This document shows, in pieces, positions 20,051-29,940 of a stretch of 64,000 nt of DNA. Each line of letters starts with the position of its first letter. The stretch's first letter is position 1. The notes under the pieces were generated by a model. The model saw only the letters and a list, made by a program, of their open reading frames with translations, had not been told where the DNA came from and searched no databases. Source of the stretch: Candidatus Hermodarchaeum yapensis (GTDB lineage: Archaea > Asgardarchaeota > Hermodarchaeia > Hermodarchaeales > Hermodarchaeaceae); contig JAEOSK010000001.1 in NCBI GenBank assembly GCA_016840405.1, positions 1 through 64,000 on the forward strand, in the 5' to 3' direction. A program made the position numbers and the translations under genes.

Positions 20051-20614
20051 CTATCGGTCGAAGAATGGACTCTTTCCCGTTGCCGCTAAAGGAATACCAA
20101 TGATGATGGTGCTATCTGGCATAAGTTTCATCTGATATGCCCCTACTCCTGCCCGGAAGAAAATCCGATTATCAACATTGTGAATTTGAGCTGTCTTAAC
20201 AGCACTTCCTAAAGCAATTCCCATATCCAGGGCTTTAATGATGCAAGTGGGGCCAGCGAAAAAGAGTCCCTGCTTCCGCCCCTCCTTGAGCATTTTTGCA
20301 CAGGTTTCATACCCACAAGCCCCACAATTTGTACCTAATGGTTTAGGACCTTTCAAGCCGATTAAAACTAACGCCGTACATTTCTCTACATTCTTTGCAT
20401 CACGTGTCCAGTGATCATCAGGGGCTTTGGAGATTTTGTACATTTGTTTAGCAACAGCATCCTTTTCTTTTCCCGTAAGAATCATGGTTTCAATATCATC
20501 AATACCCCTGCCTTTTGGCGCTGTTCGCGCTGCAATGAGCATGAGTTTTGCTACTTCAATCACAGTTTTTGCTTCTTCTTCAGGACCAGTTATTGGCATA
20601 TCAACACCGGTCAT
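20051..20614 (-). CDS. DUF2148 ferredoxin-domain / nitroreductase-like protein
   Basis: AARTAPK.RG.D, NCGACG.ETC, DMGIALGSAVK, VDNRI, GKSPFFDR. Confidence 0.85.
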   Translation of the reverse strand: MTGVDMPITGPEEEAKTVIEVAKLMLIAARTAPKGRGIDDIETMILTGKEKDAVAKQMYKISKAPDDHWTRDAKNVEKCTALVLIGLKGPKPLGTNCGACGYETCAKMLKEGRKQGLFFAGPTCIIKALDMGIALGSAVKTAQIHNVDNRIFFRAGVGAYQMKLMPDSTIIIGIPLAATGKSPFFDR

Positions 20615-20808
20615 CTCAGTACTGACTTGGGATTTTAGTTTTTACTATGAACTGAGATTCTGCCTATACGAAATCTCCACCAAAAATAAAATGAAGAAAA
20701 ATTGCTTTTGCCCAAATATCATAAACCCGAAAGGCTAATTTTCCCTATGGATACTGGCTACATAACAGTCACACCCGTACTAACCACTTCTCCTATGAGG
20801 TAAATCAC

Positions 20809-21807
20809 TTGTCGGAGTTCATTCGTGTATCAGTTGGAACAGCGGCTACACTTGACTTACTCCACTGTAGGCTCGATGCCTTACCAACAACGGCGTACAC
20901 CATGACCTCAACTGAAAATCGATGTAGGGCTAATTGCGCTTTTTGCGCACAAGCCCGAAGCAGTAATGCAAAATCCAATCAACTGTCAAGGATCACTTGG
21001 CCTAAATTTTCTCGCTCCCAAATCATCCGCGCCCTTGAAATGACAAAACAAACGGGACAATTTCAGCGCCTCTGCATCCAAACCCTATATTACCCCAACC
21101 TCATGGAAGACCTCAAACAACTTGTTAAAGAATTCACGCAGCACCTACCCTCCATTCCCATTTCAATAGCTCTACCACCCTTTGAGCTAGATCAAATTCA
21201 ACACCTCTTCAACTTAGGTGTTGATCGTGTCGCAATTTCGCTTGATGCCGCTACTCCGAAACTATTTGAATCGATCAAAGGAAACGGCGTGAAAGGACCA
21301 TTCAGATGGGAACATCATAAAACCGCGCTACAATCCGCCCTTTCAATCTTCGGTGCTGGTCGAACAACGACTCATATCATAATTGGATTGGGAGAAACTG
21401 ATGAACAGGCTATTACGCTCTTCCAAGAATTAACCGATCAAGGAATCACCATTGGTCTTTTTCCCTTTACACCAATTTCTGGTACAGCTTTAGCAGAACA
21501 ACACCGCCCCTCAATTAAGAGGTATCGACGTATCCAACTAACTCATTTCCTAATCCAAAACCAACTAGCACACCTTAGCCAAATGAAATTCAATTCACCA
21601 CAGAAACAGCTTGTGCACATTGATCTTCCAATAGAGGCACTCAGAGAGGTTATTGAATGTGGAACAGCTTTTCAAACCTCTGGGTGCCCATCATGTAATC
21701 GTCCTTTCTTTACCGAAAATCCTGGGGGACCACTTTATAATTATCCGCGCCCTCCAAATGAAACGGAAATCAAAGAAATACGCAACCAATTAGGAGGCTT
21801 ATTCTGA
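20809..21807 (+). CDS. lipS2: Radical SAM lipoyl synthase subunit LipS2
   Basis: CRANCAFC; C-terminal TSGCPSCNRP; clustered with a lipoate ligase. Confidence 0.85.
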   Translation: MSEFIRVSVGTAATLDLLHCRLDALPTTAYTMTSTENRCRANCAFCAQARSSNAKSNQLSRITWPKFSRSQIIRALEMTKQTGQFQRLCIQTLYYPNLMEDLKQLVKEFTQHLPSIPISIALPPFELDQIQHLFNLGVDRVAISLDAATPKLFESIKGNGVKGPFRWEHHKTALQSALSIFGAGRTTTHIIIGLGETDEQAITLFQELTDQGITIGLFPFTPISGTALAEQHRPSIKRYRRIQLTHFLIQNQLAHLSQMKFNSPQKQLVHIDLPIEALREVIECGTAFQTSGCPSCNRPFFTENPGGPLYNYPRPPNETEIKEIRNQLGGLF

Positions 21808-21810
21808 ACA

Positions 21811-22608
21811 ATGACTCAACCATGGCGGCTCGTACGAACTGGCATTTTCAACGCCTATGAGAATATGGCTATTGATCATGTATTACTCGACGCGCTACAC
21901 AAAGAAACAGCCGCTAATACGATTCGCTTCTATCGGTGGAATCCTTCGGCGGTCTCAATTGGGCGATTTCAACATCTTGATGATGAGGTAGACGTGGATG
22001 CTTGTCGTACACTCAATATCGATATCGTACGCAGAATGTCAAGCGGTGGCGCGGTATTTCATGATTTTGAAGGAGAGCTAACTTACAGTATTATATGTCG
22101 AACAGACAACACAAAACTACCCACGGATGTTATAGAAACCTACCAATACCTCTGTAATGGTCTACTCAAGGGGCTCAGTCGTCTAGGAGTCCATGCCAAA
22201 TTTTCTTCGGGGTCTGAAAGCTTTTGCCCGAATCTCTTTGTGAAAAAACGGAAAATTTCAGGAAATGCTCAATCACGGCGGGGAAACACCCTTCTACAAC
22301 ATGGAACCATTCTTCGCCAACTTGACCTAACCAAGATGTTTGCTGTGTTAAAGGTCAACAAGGACAAAGCCGATGCGAAGGTAATGGAAAGAGCTGCCCA
22401 ACAATTGACATCGCTCCAACTTGAACTTGGAAAACCACCTGCCTTCGGACAAATTGAAGAGGTACTTATTGAAGGCTTAGCAAACACGTTGCCTGCCCGA
22501 TTCTACGAAGAGGGATTAACCGACGCTGAATTACAATCTGCCCGAAAAATCGCGAAATCCTGGTATGCTAACCCCAAGTGGACACTTCAACGGGGGTTTA
22601 AACCCTGA
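21811..22608 (+). CDS. Lipoate/octanoate-protein ligase, catalytic domain
   Basis: NMAID, VRRMSSGGAVFHD, KISGNAQ, LQHGT. Confidence 0.9.
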   Translation: MTQPWRLVRTGIFNAYENMAIDHVLLDALHKETAANTIRFYRWNPSAVSIGRFQHLDDEVDVDACRTLNIDIVRRMSSGGAVFHDFEGELTYSIICRTDNTKLPTDVIETYQYLCNGLLKGLSRLGVHAKFSSGSESFCPNLFVKKRKISGNAQSRRGNTLLQHGTILRQLDLTKMFAVLKVNKDKADAKVMERAAQQLTSLQLELGKPPAFGQIEEVLIEGLANTLPARFYEEGLTDAELQSARKIAKSWYANPKWTLQRGFKP

Positions 22609-23564
22609 CCTCCTCACCTCCCAAATCAAAAAACCTAGAACATTGGTTTAACACTCACTCAACAGAACTTGACGATTTATTTGAGCAAGCCCACAGTCTA
22701 ACTAAACAACACTTTGACAATCACATCACCGTCTTCAATCCTGGCTGGCAATTTCCTGCGGTTTCAATAACAGGAAATCAGTGCCAGCTTAACTGCCAAC
22801 ATTGTGGTGGGCACTTTCTCCAACAAATGCATGCCATTACTCGCCCCAATGATCTTCTCACCTTCTGTCAGGATCTAGCTCAACGAAATGGAATGGGCTG
22901 TCTCATTAGTGGTGGATGCGATTCAGATGGCAACATTCCCCTTACTCCTTTTCTTCCGGTTCTCACTGAAATTAAACAAACAACAAAGCTGTTTCTCAAT
23001 GTGCATACTGGATTTCTCACTAACTCAGAGGCAGAACAGCTTGCACGTACAGGGATTGACTGTGCTTCAGTCGACATTGTAGGCGATGAAACCCCACTCC
23101 ACACAATATATGGGTTAAACCACCGCTCAACAACCGATTATGCCACAACCCTACACGCGCTCAAAAATGCCAAATTACCTGTCGCTCCACATATTTGCGT
23201 TGGCCTCAATCATGGCCAACTATCTGGTGAACTGGTCGGGCTCCAACTTATCCATTCAATTTTACAACCCATGGTGCTAGTAATCATTGCCTTAATGCCC
23301 ACTCAGGGAACTCCAATGGCCAACAGCCCTCCCGCTAATCCAGTAGATGTAGCGAGAATCTGTGCAATAAGTCGTCTCCTTTTTCCTGAATGTGAAATTG
23401 CACTTGGGTGCATGCGACCTCGAGGCGCAGTTCGACGAGAATTAGAACAATTGGCTATTCATGCTGGGGTTACCCGTCTTGTGCTTCCTACAAAATCCAC
23501 TATTCAGTATTTACAACATAATGGATACACAATTCGGACTATGAATGCTTGCTGTGTAATGTAA
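22605..23564 (+). CDS. lipS1: Radical SAM lipoyl synthase subunit LipS1 (start extended to CTG at 22605)
   Basis: Frame open from 22602 encodes SITGNQCQLNCQHC upstream of the tracked ATG; LISGG, GCMRP, C-terminal CC. Confidence 0.85.
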   Translation: MTSSPPKSKNLEHWFNTHSTELDDLFEQAHSLTKQHFDNHITVFNPGWQFPAVSITGNQCQLNCQHCGGHFLQQMHAITRPNDLLTFCQDLAQRNGMGCLISGGCDSDGNIPLTPFLPVLTEIKQTTKLFLNVHTGFLTNSEAEQLARTGIDCASVDIVGDETPLHTIYGLNHRSTTDYATTLHALKNAKLPVAPHICVGLNHGQLSGELVGLQLIHSILQPMVLVIIALMPTQGTPMANSPPANPVDVARICAISRLLFPECEIALGCMRPRGAVRRELEQLAIHAGVTRLVLPTKSTIQYLQHNGYTIRTMNACCVM

Positions 23565-23598
23565 TCGGCGATCTGAAAATTTCAAGTAGAAATCTGAG

Positions 23599-24237
23599 CT
23601 AAGCCAATTCTTCTTTAGAGATTTTTACGCCCTTGGAATCAATTACAGCGATTTGAATTGAACCCCCAGAAGCGATATCTCTCCTTCGGGCAGCATTTAC
23701 CGCACGCATCACTAATTGTTTGCCATCTTCGATGGTCATACCCTTTCGATACTCATCTTCAAGGACACCATAGGCAACAACTGATCCGCTCCCGGTTGCG
23801 GTGAAATCCTCTTCTTCCAACATGCTACCTAATGGGTCCAACATATACACGTGACTACCTTCTTCGTCCACACCGCCTACAATCAACATAGCAATCAAAG
23901 GAAACATCCGGTTTCGAAATAGAATAGATGAGGTTAATCGAGAAATAGCCTTAACCGTTAGGTCTCGACCTTTGTCCAGCGCCTCCAACTTCGCAATAGC
24001 CCGAACGCTATTAATGAGTTGTTGGGCATCCGCCACTGAACCTGAAATCGTCATAGCCGTGTGGTCAGTGATTTGCAGAATTTTTGGAGCGGTGTCGCTA
24101 GCAACAAGATAGCCCATGGTTGCTTGACTCTCAGTACCAAGAATAATGCCTCCATCAACCTTCACAGCTACTGTAGTCGTATGAGACATTAAACGGTGAT
24201 TATTATTTTGCTCCATGATGCTTGTACCCTCTAACAT
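23599..24237 (-). CDS. psmB: Proteasome beta subunit
   Basis: TTTVAV, Glu17, Lys33, SGSVADAQ, ATGSGS, RDIASG. Confidence 0.93.
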   Translation of the reverse strand: MLEGTSIMEQNNNHRLMSHTTTVAVKVDGGIILGTESQATMGYLVASDTAPKILQITDHTAMTISGSVADAQQLINSVRAIAKLEALDKGRDLTVKAISRLTSSILFRNRMFPLIAMLIVGGVDEEGSHVYMLDPLGSMLEEEDFTATGSGSVVAYGVLEDEYRKGMTIEDGKQLVMRAVNAARRRDIASGGSIQIAVIDSKGVKISKEELA

Positions 24238-24399
24238 AGTGGATGTTTGCCCACGACTATGCCCACGAATTTAAGTCTTATTCTCTTTTTGGTTTCATAT
24301 GCTCCCTCTCCGAATGTCAAATCTAAAGTATGACATGTCAAAACATTTTTAGCTGGGGCTCTTCTCGTTCCCTTCACTCAAGTTAAGGATGAAATAGCC

Positions 24400-25086
24400 T
24401 TGGCATTCCGACCCGAAATTCGTACTCCTCAATCTGGTGAGCCTCGTCGCGGGCGAGGTTTTAGCCTCGAAGAATTAAAAGCCGCCAAAATAAGCCTCGC
24501 CGATGCCCGATGGATGGCCATCCCAATTGACAGTCGCCGAAAATCACATCACGCAGAAAACGTGAAATCGCTTCAAGATTACGTAAAACGGATCAAGAAA
24601 CTCGGAAAAGAAACGAGGAAACCTAAGGCAAAACCCAAGGCGGAAAAACCTGCTCCTACGAAACCCAAAGCCATTGAAACAAACCTAACTGAACTTTCTG
24701 GCGTAACAAAGAAGACTGCCGAGACTTTAGTAGCCGCTGGTATTGCTAACATTCACGATCTATCAACAACTTCTCCTCGTCGCTTGGCGAGAAGAACTGA
24801 TATTAAACGTGATCGCGCTGAACGGTTAATTGAAACCGCTAAACGATATGAGCGAGAAAAGTCGAAAGCAGCTCGAGAAGAAAAAGCCAAAGAACCTCAA
24901 ATTAAAGAACTTAAACACCTCCCCGAAATTACACGTGATGATGTGAGAAATCTACAAGATCTGGGAGTCAAAAAGCTTGACGATTTGAAGGCTGAGAATC
25001 CTCGTGATCTCTCATTATTAACAGGTATTCCGGAAACCAGAATCAAAGAATGGCGAAAAATTCTCCGCGCTTTAGATAAAGCATAA
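24400..25086 (+). CDS. rpl13e: Ribosomal protein L13e fused to two helix-hairpin-helix-like domains
   Basis: RRGRGFSLEELKAA..IPIDSRRKS; then LTELSGVTKKTAETLVAAGI and LKHLPEI..LQDLGV. Confidence 0.85.
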   Translation: MAFRPEIRTPQSGEPRRGRGFSLEELKAAKISLADARWMAIPIDSRRKSHHAENVKSLQDYVKRIKKLGKETRKPKAKPKAEKPAPTKPKAIETNLTELSGVTKKTAETLVAAGIANIHDLSTTSPRRLARRTDIKRDRAERLIETAKRYEREKSKAAREEKAKEPQIKELKHLPEITRDDVRNLQDLGVKKLDDLKAENPRDLSLLTGIPETRIKEWRKILRALDKA

Positions 25087-25113
25087 TATCCTCAATAATT
25101 CAGCCAATCATTT

Positions 25114-26112
25114 TTATTCAAGGTAGGGCTCCCAAGGCATTGCTTGTTCAGTAGAATACCATCCGAATTCCTGATGGAGGATCGCAATTGCGCCTTGAGG
25201 TGGGATTATACCATGTTCAGTAATAATTGAATCAATGTATTCTGGAGGAGTGACATCAAAAGCTGGATTTCGGACATTCACGTGTTTCCATCGTGCAAGG
25301 ACATCAGGTGATACAACCTCAGAAACATCTCGCTCTTCAATCTCAATGAGTTCGCCTGCCATGGTTGCCGGGCTAAATTTGTAACTTTCAGCGGCAACAA
25401 AGACATCGACTCGTGCTTCATGGGCGGCAAGTGCCACAAAACTGGTACCAATCTTGTTTACTACTGCACCATTCGCAGTAATCGCATCTGCACCCACGAA
25501 GACTTTATCTGCACGACTAATGAGATGTCGAATCGCATTATCCGTTATTATCGAACAAGGAATCCCTGCCTCATCAAGCCAAGTCGCGGTAATATGACCT
25601 TGGTATTTTGGTCGAGTTTCAGGAACATAAACAGTAAATTCTTTTCCCATCGAATAAGCGGTTTTCAGCACACCAAAGGCTGTAGCGCTGTTACAATATG
25701 TAAAGATAATATCTCCCTCGACTATTAGCCGTGAACCAATCTGTCCTATGGCTTTGACGGCATTAATTGACAAATCAATGAAACCAGATCCAATTGTTTC
25801 CCCCGCTTCTCTTAATTCAACAATATTTTTGGTTTGATCTGCCTTCGACAGTAATCTGGTGTAAAAATATCGCAATCCATTGGGTAAGGATACAGCTGTG
25901 GGTCTTGTCTCGTATAGTGTTTGAGCCGCCGCTGCTACATCTTTGAGTAGTTTCGGGATCCGTTTTGCTTTTGATTCATTGGTAGCAACCATTAACCCTT
26001 TTACTGCGGCACGTGCAATTCGCCCCGCACCCCTAGTTCGCATCGAACGAATCTCCTCAGCAATGAATTGAACTTCTTGAGGGATGACCACCATGTCTTT
26101 TCGCCGAGCCAT
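25114..26112 (-). CDS. Ribose-1,5-bisphosphate isomerase (eIF2B/MtnA family)
   Basis: MRTRGAGRIA, TRPTAVSL.N, TYCNS, ETRPKYQG, GADAI, NPAFDVTP. Confidence 0.88.
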   Translation of the reverse strand: MARRKDMVVIPQEVQFIAEEIRSMRTRGAGRIARAAVKGLMVATNESKAKRIPKLLKDVAAAAQTLYETRPTAVSLPNGLRYFYTRLLSKADQTKNIVELREAGETIGSGFIDLSINAVKAIGQIGSRLIVEGDIIFTYCNSATAFGVLKTAYSMGKEFTVYVPETRPKYQGHITATWLDEAGIPCSIITDNAIRHLISRADKVFVGADAITANGAVVNKIGTSFVALAAHEARVDVFVAAESYKFSPATMAGELIEIEERDVSEVVSPDVLARWKHVNVRNPAFDVTPPEYIDSIITEHGIIPPQGAIAILHQEFGWYSTEQAMPWEPYLE

Positions 26113-26158
26113 TTAATACATACTCAAGGTATTAATGCTGCCATGGGGGCGCGTTGCT

Positions 26159-27082
26159 ATGAACCTTGATTGGCTGATAAAGAAATTCAATACTTACGAA
26201 ATTGCAAGTGCCGATGGCACAGCTATTGCTGCAGCCTCGGCCTTGAAAGATCTCACATTAAAAACCCAAGCCAAATCGGGGAAGGACCTTTTCGACCAAA
26301 TAAAAGTCGCCGCATTGGGACTACGTGAGGCTCGACAAAGTTCAGCCGCGTTACTTAATTGCCTTGATTTCATCGAAGATACCGCACAAGCGACCTACCT
26401 GAAAAAGACTCCATTGAAGAAAATGCGTGGAATTATTAGTCAAGCGTGCGACGACTTTCTAACTCGCATAGATGAGGCGAAAGAGCGCATCGGAGAAATT
26501 GGATCAAAACGCATCAGGTCAGGAGATCGCATTCTCACCCTTTGCCGTAGCACGACAGTTCTCACGGTTTTGAAAAAAGTGGTGGAACAAGGTAAAGAAA
26601 TTCAGGTTTTTGTGGCTGAAAGTCGACCCGATCTTGAAGGTCGATTATTAGCCAATGAGGTCGCCGCCTTAGGTGTTCCTGTCACGCTCTTCACTGATTT
26701 CGCTGCTAGAATCTTCTTACCTGATATGGATATCATGCTCGCAGGAGGCGAAGCTATTGCCGCCAGCGGCGCAATTGTCTCTAAAGTTGGCACCGCAACC
26801 CTTGCAGCATTATGTCATGATGCACGTGTTCGTGTTCTTGTTGCCCTTGGTAGCTACAAATTCTCATATGAGACAATTTTGGGTCGGCTTATCACAATAG
26901 AGGAAGGAAATTCAGAACAAGTCGTCCCCACAAGTGAAATCGATTCAAAAATTACAGTTCGCAATCCCTTGTTTGATGTCACCGGACCTGAACATATCGA
27001 TGCCTTAATCACAGAACGGGGCATCATCCCCCCTCAAGGCGCATATCTTCTTTTCACTAGCAACCAAGTATCCACAAAGTAG
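26159..27082 (+). CDS. Divergent eIF2B alpha/beta/delta-family paralogue
   Basis: ESRPDLEG, GGEAI, KVGT, NPLFDVT, LITERG; lacks RGA and TRPT motifs. Confidence 0.85.
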   Translation: MNLDWLIKKFNTYEIASADGTAIAAASALKDLTLKTQAKSGKDLFDQIKVAALGLREARQSSAALLNCLDFIEDTAQATYLKKTPLKKMRGIISQACDDFLTRIDEAKERIGEIGSKRIRSGDRILTLCRSTTVLTVLKKVVEQGKEIQVFVAESRPDLEGRLLANEVAALGVPVTLFTDFAARIFLPDMDIMLAGGEAIAASGAIVSKVGTATLAALCHDARVRVLVALGSYKFSYETILGRLITIEEGNSEQVVPTSEIDSKITVRNPLFDVTGPEHIDALITERGIIPPQGAYLLFTSNQVSTK

Positions 27083-27141
27083 AAAGGCTCAAAAACCCCT
27101 AATGCCCGTGTGTCTCCGACAAGAAATAGGAGTGCTTTACC

Positions 27142-27360
27142 ATGTCTCCTGCAACTTCCACCACGAAAAAAAGCGCTAAAAAACTCGCTGATGTTGATGG
27201 AGAACTCTGTGGCGTTTGCCAAGCTTGTGCCACCGTTTGCCCTGTCAATGCAATAGAGGTAACAGAAAACTATATCGTCATAATTTCTGAGAAATGCACT
27301 GGCTGTGGAGTTTGTGTCAAGGTCTGTCCTGTAGGAGCCATTTCCCTTATCAATCGTTAA
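27142..27360 (+). CDS. 2[4Fe-4S] ferredoxin
   Basis: Two CxxCxxCxxxCP motifs. Confidence 0.92.
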   Translation: MSPATSTTKKSAKKLADVDGELCGVCQACATVCPVNAIEVTENYIVIISEKCTGCGVCVKVCPVGAISLINR

Positions 27361-27385
27361 ATTTGCTTCAATATGAGATGAGAAA

Positions 27386-28603
27386 ATGTCTGATGATAAT
27401 CGTGTTATTGTGGTTGGAGCAGGACCCGCAGGTTCCTCAGTAGCTCTCGGCGCACTCCGTGCTGGCAGCGATGTAACCATTATTGATAGGAAAACCAATG
27501 TGGGAATTCCGGTTCAATGTGGAGAAGCTATCGGTAAAACCGGTCCCGGATTAGCTGAAATCGAAATTCCAGAAGAATCAATTCGAGCGCCCCTTCGGGG
27601 CTTCCGGGTATATAGCCCCGGGTTGCTTTCTGTCGACTATGCGGAAAAAGAAACAAGTGGATATATTGTTGATCGACGTGTTTTTGATAAGGAATTATTT
27701 GTACGTGCCACCGAAGCTGGAGCAGACAGCTTGCTAGGTGCGAGAGTAATCGACCTTGTCCGGTTTAATGGGACGGTAACTGGAGTAATCATCCGTCATG
27801 AAGGACAACGAAAAACAATGAAAGCCAATGTCGTGGTGGGTGCCGACGGGGTCAATAGTCAGATTGCAAGACTCACAGGCCTTCGCAACTCCTACAAACC
27901 TTCAGATATCGATTCCTGTTTTGCTTATGAAATGTCTAACTGTAATCTGGATGTCACCGATCTCATGCAATTTCTCTTGGGGAGTGAAGTGTCGCCACGA
28001 GGCTACATCTGGATCTTCCCCAAGGGAAACAATCGCGCAAATGTAGGAATAGGCATCGGGGGAGGAATCGAAACTAAGACAGCGAAAGAATACTTGGACC
28101 ATTTTCTCCAAAATCACGATGTAGCAAAGAAGCAACTCAGTAAAGCTAGGGTAATTGAAACCCGAGTAGGCGCCCTTCCTGTTTGTGGACCGAATAAAAC
28201 AAATGTTGTTGATGGCGCGCTTCTTGTTGGTGATGCAGCAGGTCATGTTCATCCAATAACGGGTGGTGGAATGGGCTATGCAATGGTCTGTGGTAATATC
28301 GCAGGTAGAGTGGCTGCAGAATGTTCAGCGAAGGGAAAGGTTGGTTCATCGCACTTACAGCAGTACGAAAAAGAATGGCGAAAACTTTACGGTGCGGAAT
28401 TTGACCAATCTCTAAAGCTCCGAGAACTCCTTCTACAAACCGATGACGCAACACTGGATAAACTAGGTGAAATTGTCACCGGTGAATCTATTGTCAAAAT
28501 GACAGCAGGGAAGAAAGTGAAGATTTTCATGAGGGCGATGGCTACCCGAGATAGAAAGCTTATCGCGCTGATGCAAGAATTACGAAAACTTCGTATGGTC
28601 TAA
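27386..28603 (+). CDS. Geranylgeranyl reductase family (digeranylgeranylglycerophospholipid reductase-like)
   Basis: VVGAGPAG, PVQCGE, GADG, PRGYIWIFP, GDAAG..HPITGGG. Confidence 0.9.
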   Translation: MSDDNRVIVVGAGPAGSSVALGALRAGSDVTIIDRKTNVGIPVQCGEAIGKTGPGLAEIEIPEESIRAPLRGFRVYSPGLLSVDYAEKETSGYIVDRRVFDKELFVRATEAGADSLLGARVIDLVRFNGTVTGVIIRHEGQRKTMKANVVVGADGVNSQIARLTGLRNSYKPSDIDSCFAYEMSNCNLDVTDLMQFLLGSEVSPRGYIWIFPKGNNRANVGIGIGGGIETKTAKEYLDHFLQNHDVAKKQLSKARVIETRVGALPVCGPNKTNVVDGALLVGDAAGHVHPITGGGMGYAMVCGNIAGRVAAECSAKGKVGSSHLQQYEKEWRKLYGAEFDQSLKLRELLLQTDDATLDKLGEIVTGESIVKMTAGKKVKIFMRAMATRDRKLIALMQELRKLRMV

Positions 28604-28678
28604 TAATCGACCAATAACGGTAAACAACTTTAAATCATCATTTTCCTCACATAAACAAAGAAACTCGAGGTTTACACC

Positions 28679-29200
28679 ATGGCATCCTCAACCACTGGAA
28701 CAATAATTGGAATACTCATAGGATTTCTTATCGCCATCGGAATCGGTTACGGACTTCTTTACGCTGCAAGTATCGGATATCCGTTAATAGGACCAGGTCT
28801 AATCACTCCTCAAGTTGCTTCAGCATTCGCAACTGCTGTTGCTACTGGTGATATTCTCCTGCAAATTCAAATCGTGTTTGGTGAATATCTCCTGAATATA
28901 CTCAATGTGTATATCCTTGCACCCGTAGTATGGCTTATTAGTGGATTAATTGCTGGTCTTATTGTTCGAGATATGATCAAGGGCGCAGCCGCTGGGCTGA
29001 TTGCCGCTATCATTGCACCATTTGTTTGCTGGCTAATTACCTGGTACATTACATTTGGTCTGAATTTTAGTGGACTCGCTGACCCCGCCCTTTTGAATCT
29101 ACTACTCGCTTGGGTTATGAATGGAATACTCGCTGGAATTATTGCCGCTGTCGGCGGCGTCATTGGTGGCACCCTCACATCGCAATTCGAAGCCCACTAG
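28679..29200 (+). CDS. Gly/Ala-rich membrane protein
   Basis: 4-5 TM segments. Confidence 0.75.
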   Translation: MASSTTGTIIGILIGFLIAIGIGYGLLYAASIGYPLIGPGLITPQVASAFATAVATGDILLQIQIVFGEYLLNILNVYILAPVVWLISGLIAGLIVRDMIKGAAAGLIAAIIAPFVCWLITWYITFGLNFSGLADPALLNLLLAWVMNGILAGIIAAVGGVIGGTLTSQFEAH

Positions 29201-29238
29201 AGCCACATTAATAAGTTCACGTCCCAAGGCTCCATACC

Positions 29239-29850
29239 ATGCCCAATCCAAAGAGGTCCATAATTGTCCCACTTGGACTTCTAATTAGTGTAGTACTAGC
29301 TGTTATTGTTTATTTTACTCAATGGCCAGTCCTCTACTCTCTAGTCTACAATACCTATGCTGGATTCACCAATCCTCTCCAATTGTATGAGCTAGCATGG
29401 ATTCTTGCTACCATCGATTATCTTCTCAACTTCTCAATCCTATACTCTCTGCTCCTGTGGGTTGGCATCACAATTCTTATCGCCCTTATCATTCGCAATT
29501 TAAATGCAACCCTGACTGTCCTCACAGTCGCTATGCTCCTTCTGGGCGGAACTTGGCTCTTATTTTCTATCAAGTATGCATTTGTCGCTGGCTTCTCCAT
29601 TTCCTTTCTCTTCACCTTCTTCTTCTGGCAAATAGTGATCCCACTAGCAATCATTCTGGGGCTTGCGACAATAGTTTCACTCCCCTTTTGGTTATTGCAA
29701 CGTCAACGACCAGCTGCTACTTCTGCTCCAACCACTTTTGACTTTGAGTGTACTCATTGTAATACGAAGTATCGCTCCAAACCCCTCATCTGCGTGCGTT
29801 GTGGTAAAGAAGGTTCAATCGAAGCAACAGCTTCTAATAATTCAGAATAG
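29239..29850 (+). CDS. Membrane protein with C-terminal zinc ribbon
   Basis: About 4 TM segments, then CTHC...CVRC. Confidence 0.78.
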   Translation: MPNPKRSIIVPLGLLISVVLAVIVYFTQWPVLYSLVYNTYAGFTNPLQLYELAWILATIDYLLNFSILYSLLLWVGITILIALIIRNLNATLTVLTVAMLLLGGTWLLFSIKYAFVAGFSISFLFTFFFWQIVIPLAIILGLATIVSLPFWLLQRQRPAATSAPTTFDFECTHCNTKYRSKPLICVRCGKEGSIEATASNNSE

Positions 29851-29910
29851 CGCAAAAATTATTTTGATATTCGCAATGAAATAATGAGGTTATTGAGGAA
29901 AACCTAGGGT

Positions 29911-29918
29911 TTTATATT
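29911..29918 (+). promoter_or_regulatory. TATA box for the candidate ncRNA
   Basis: TTTATATT centred about 27 nt upstream of 29941. Confidence 0.55.
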
Positions 29919-29940
29919 CATTACTGCTGATTATTTAAGA

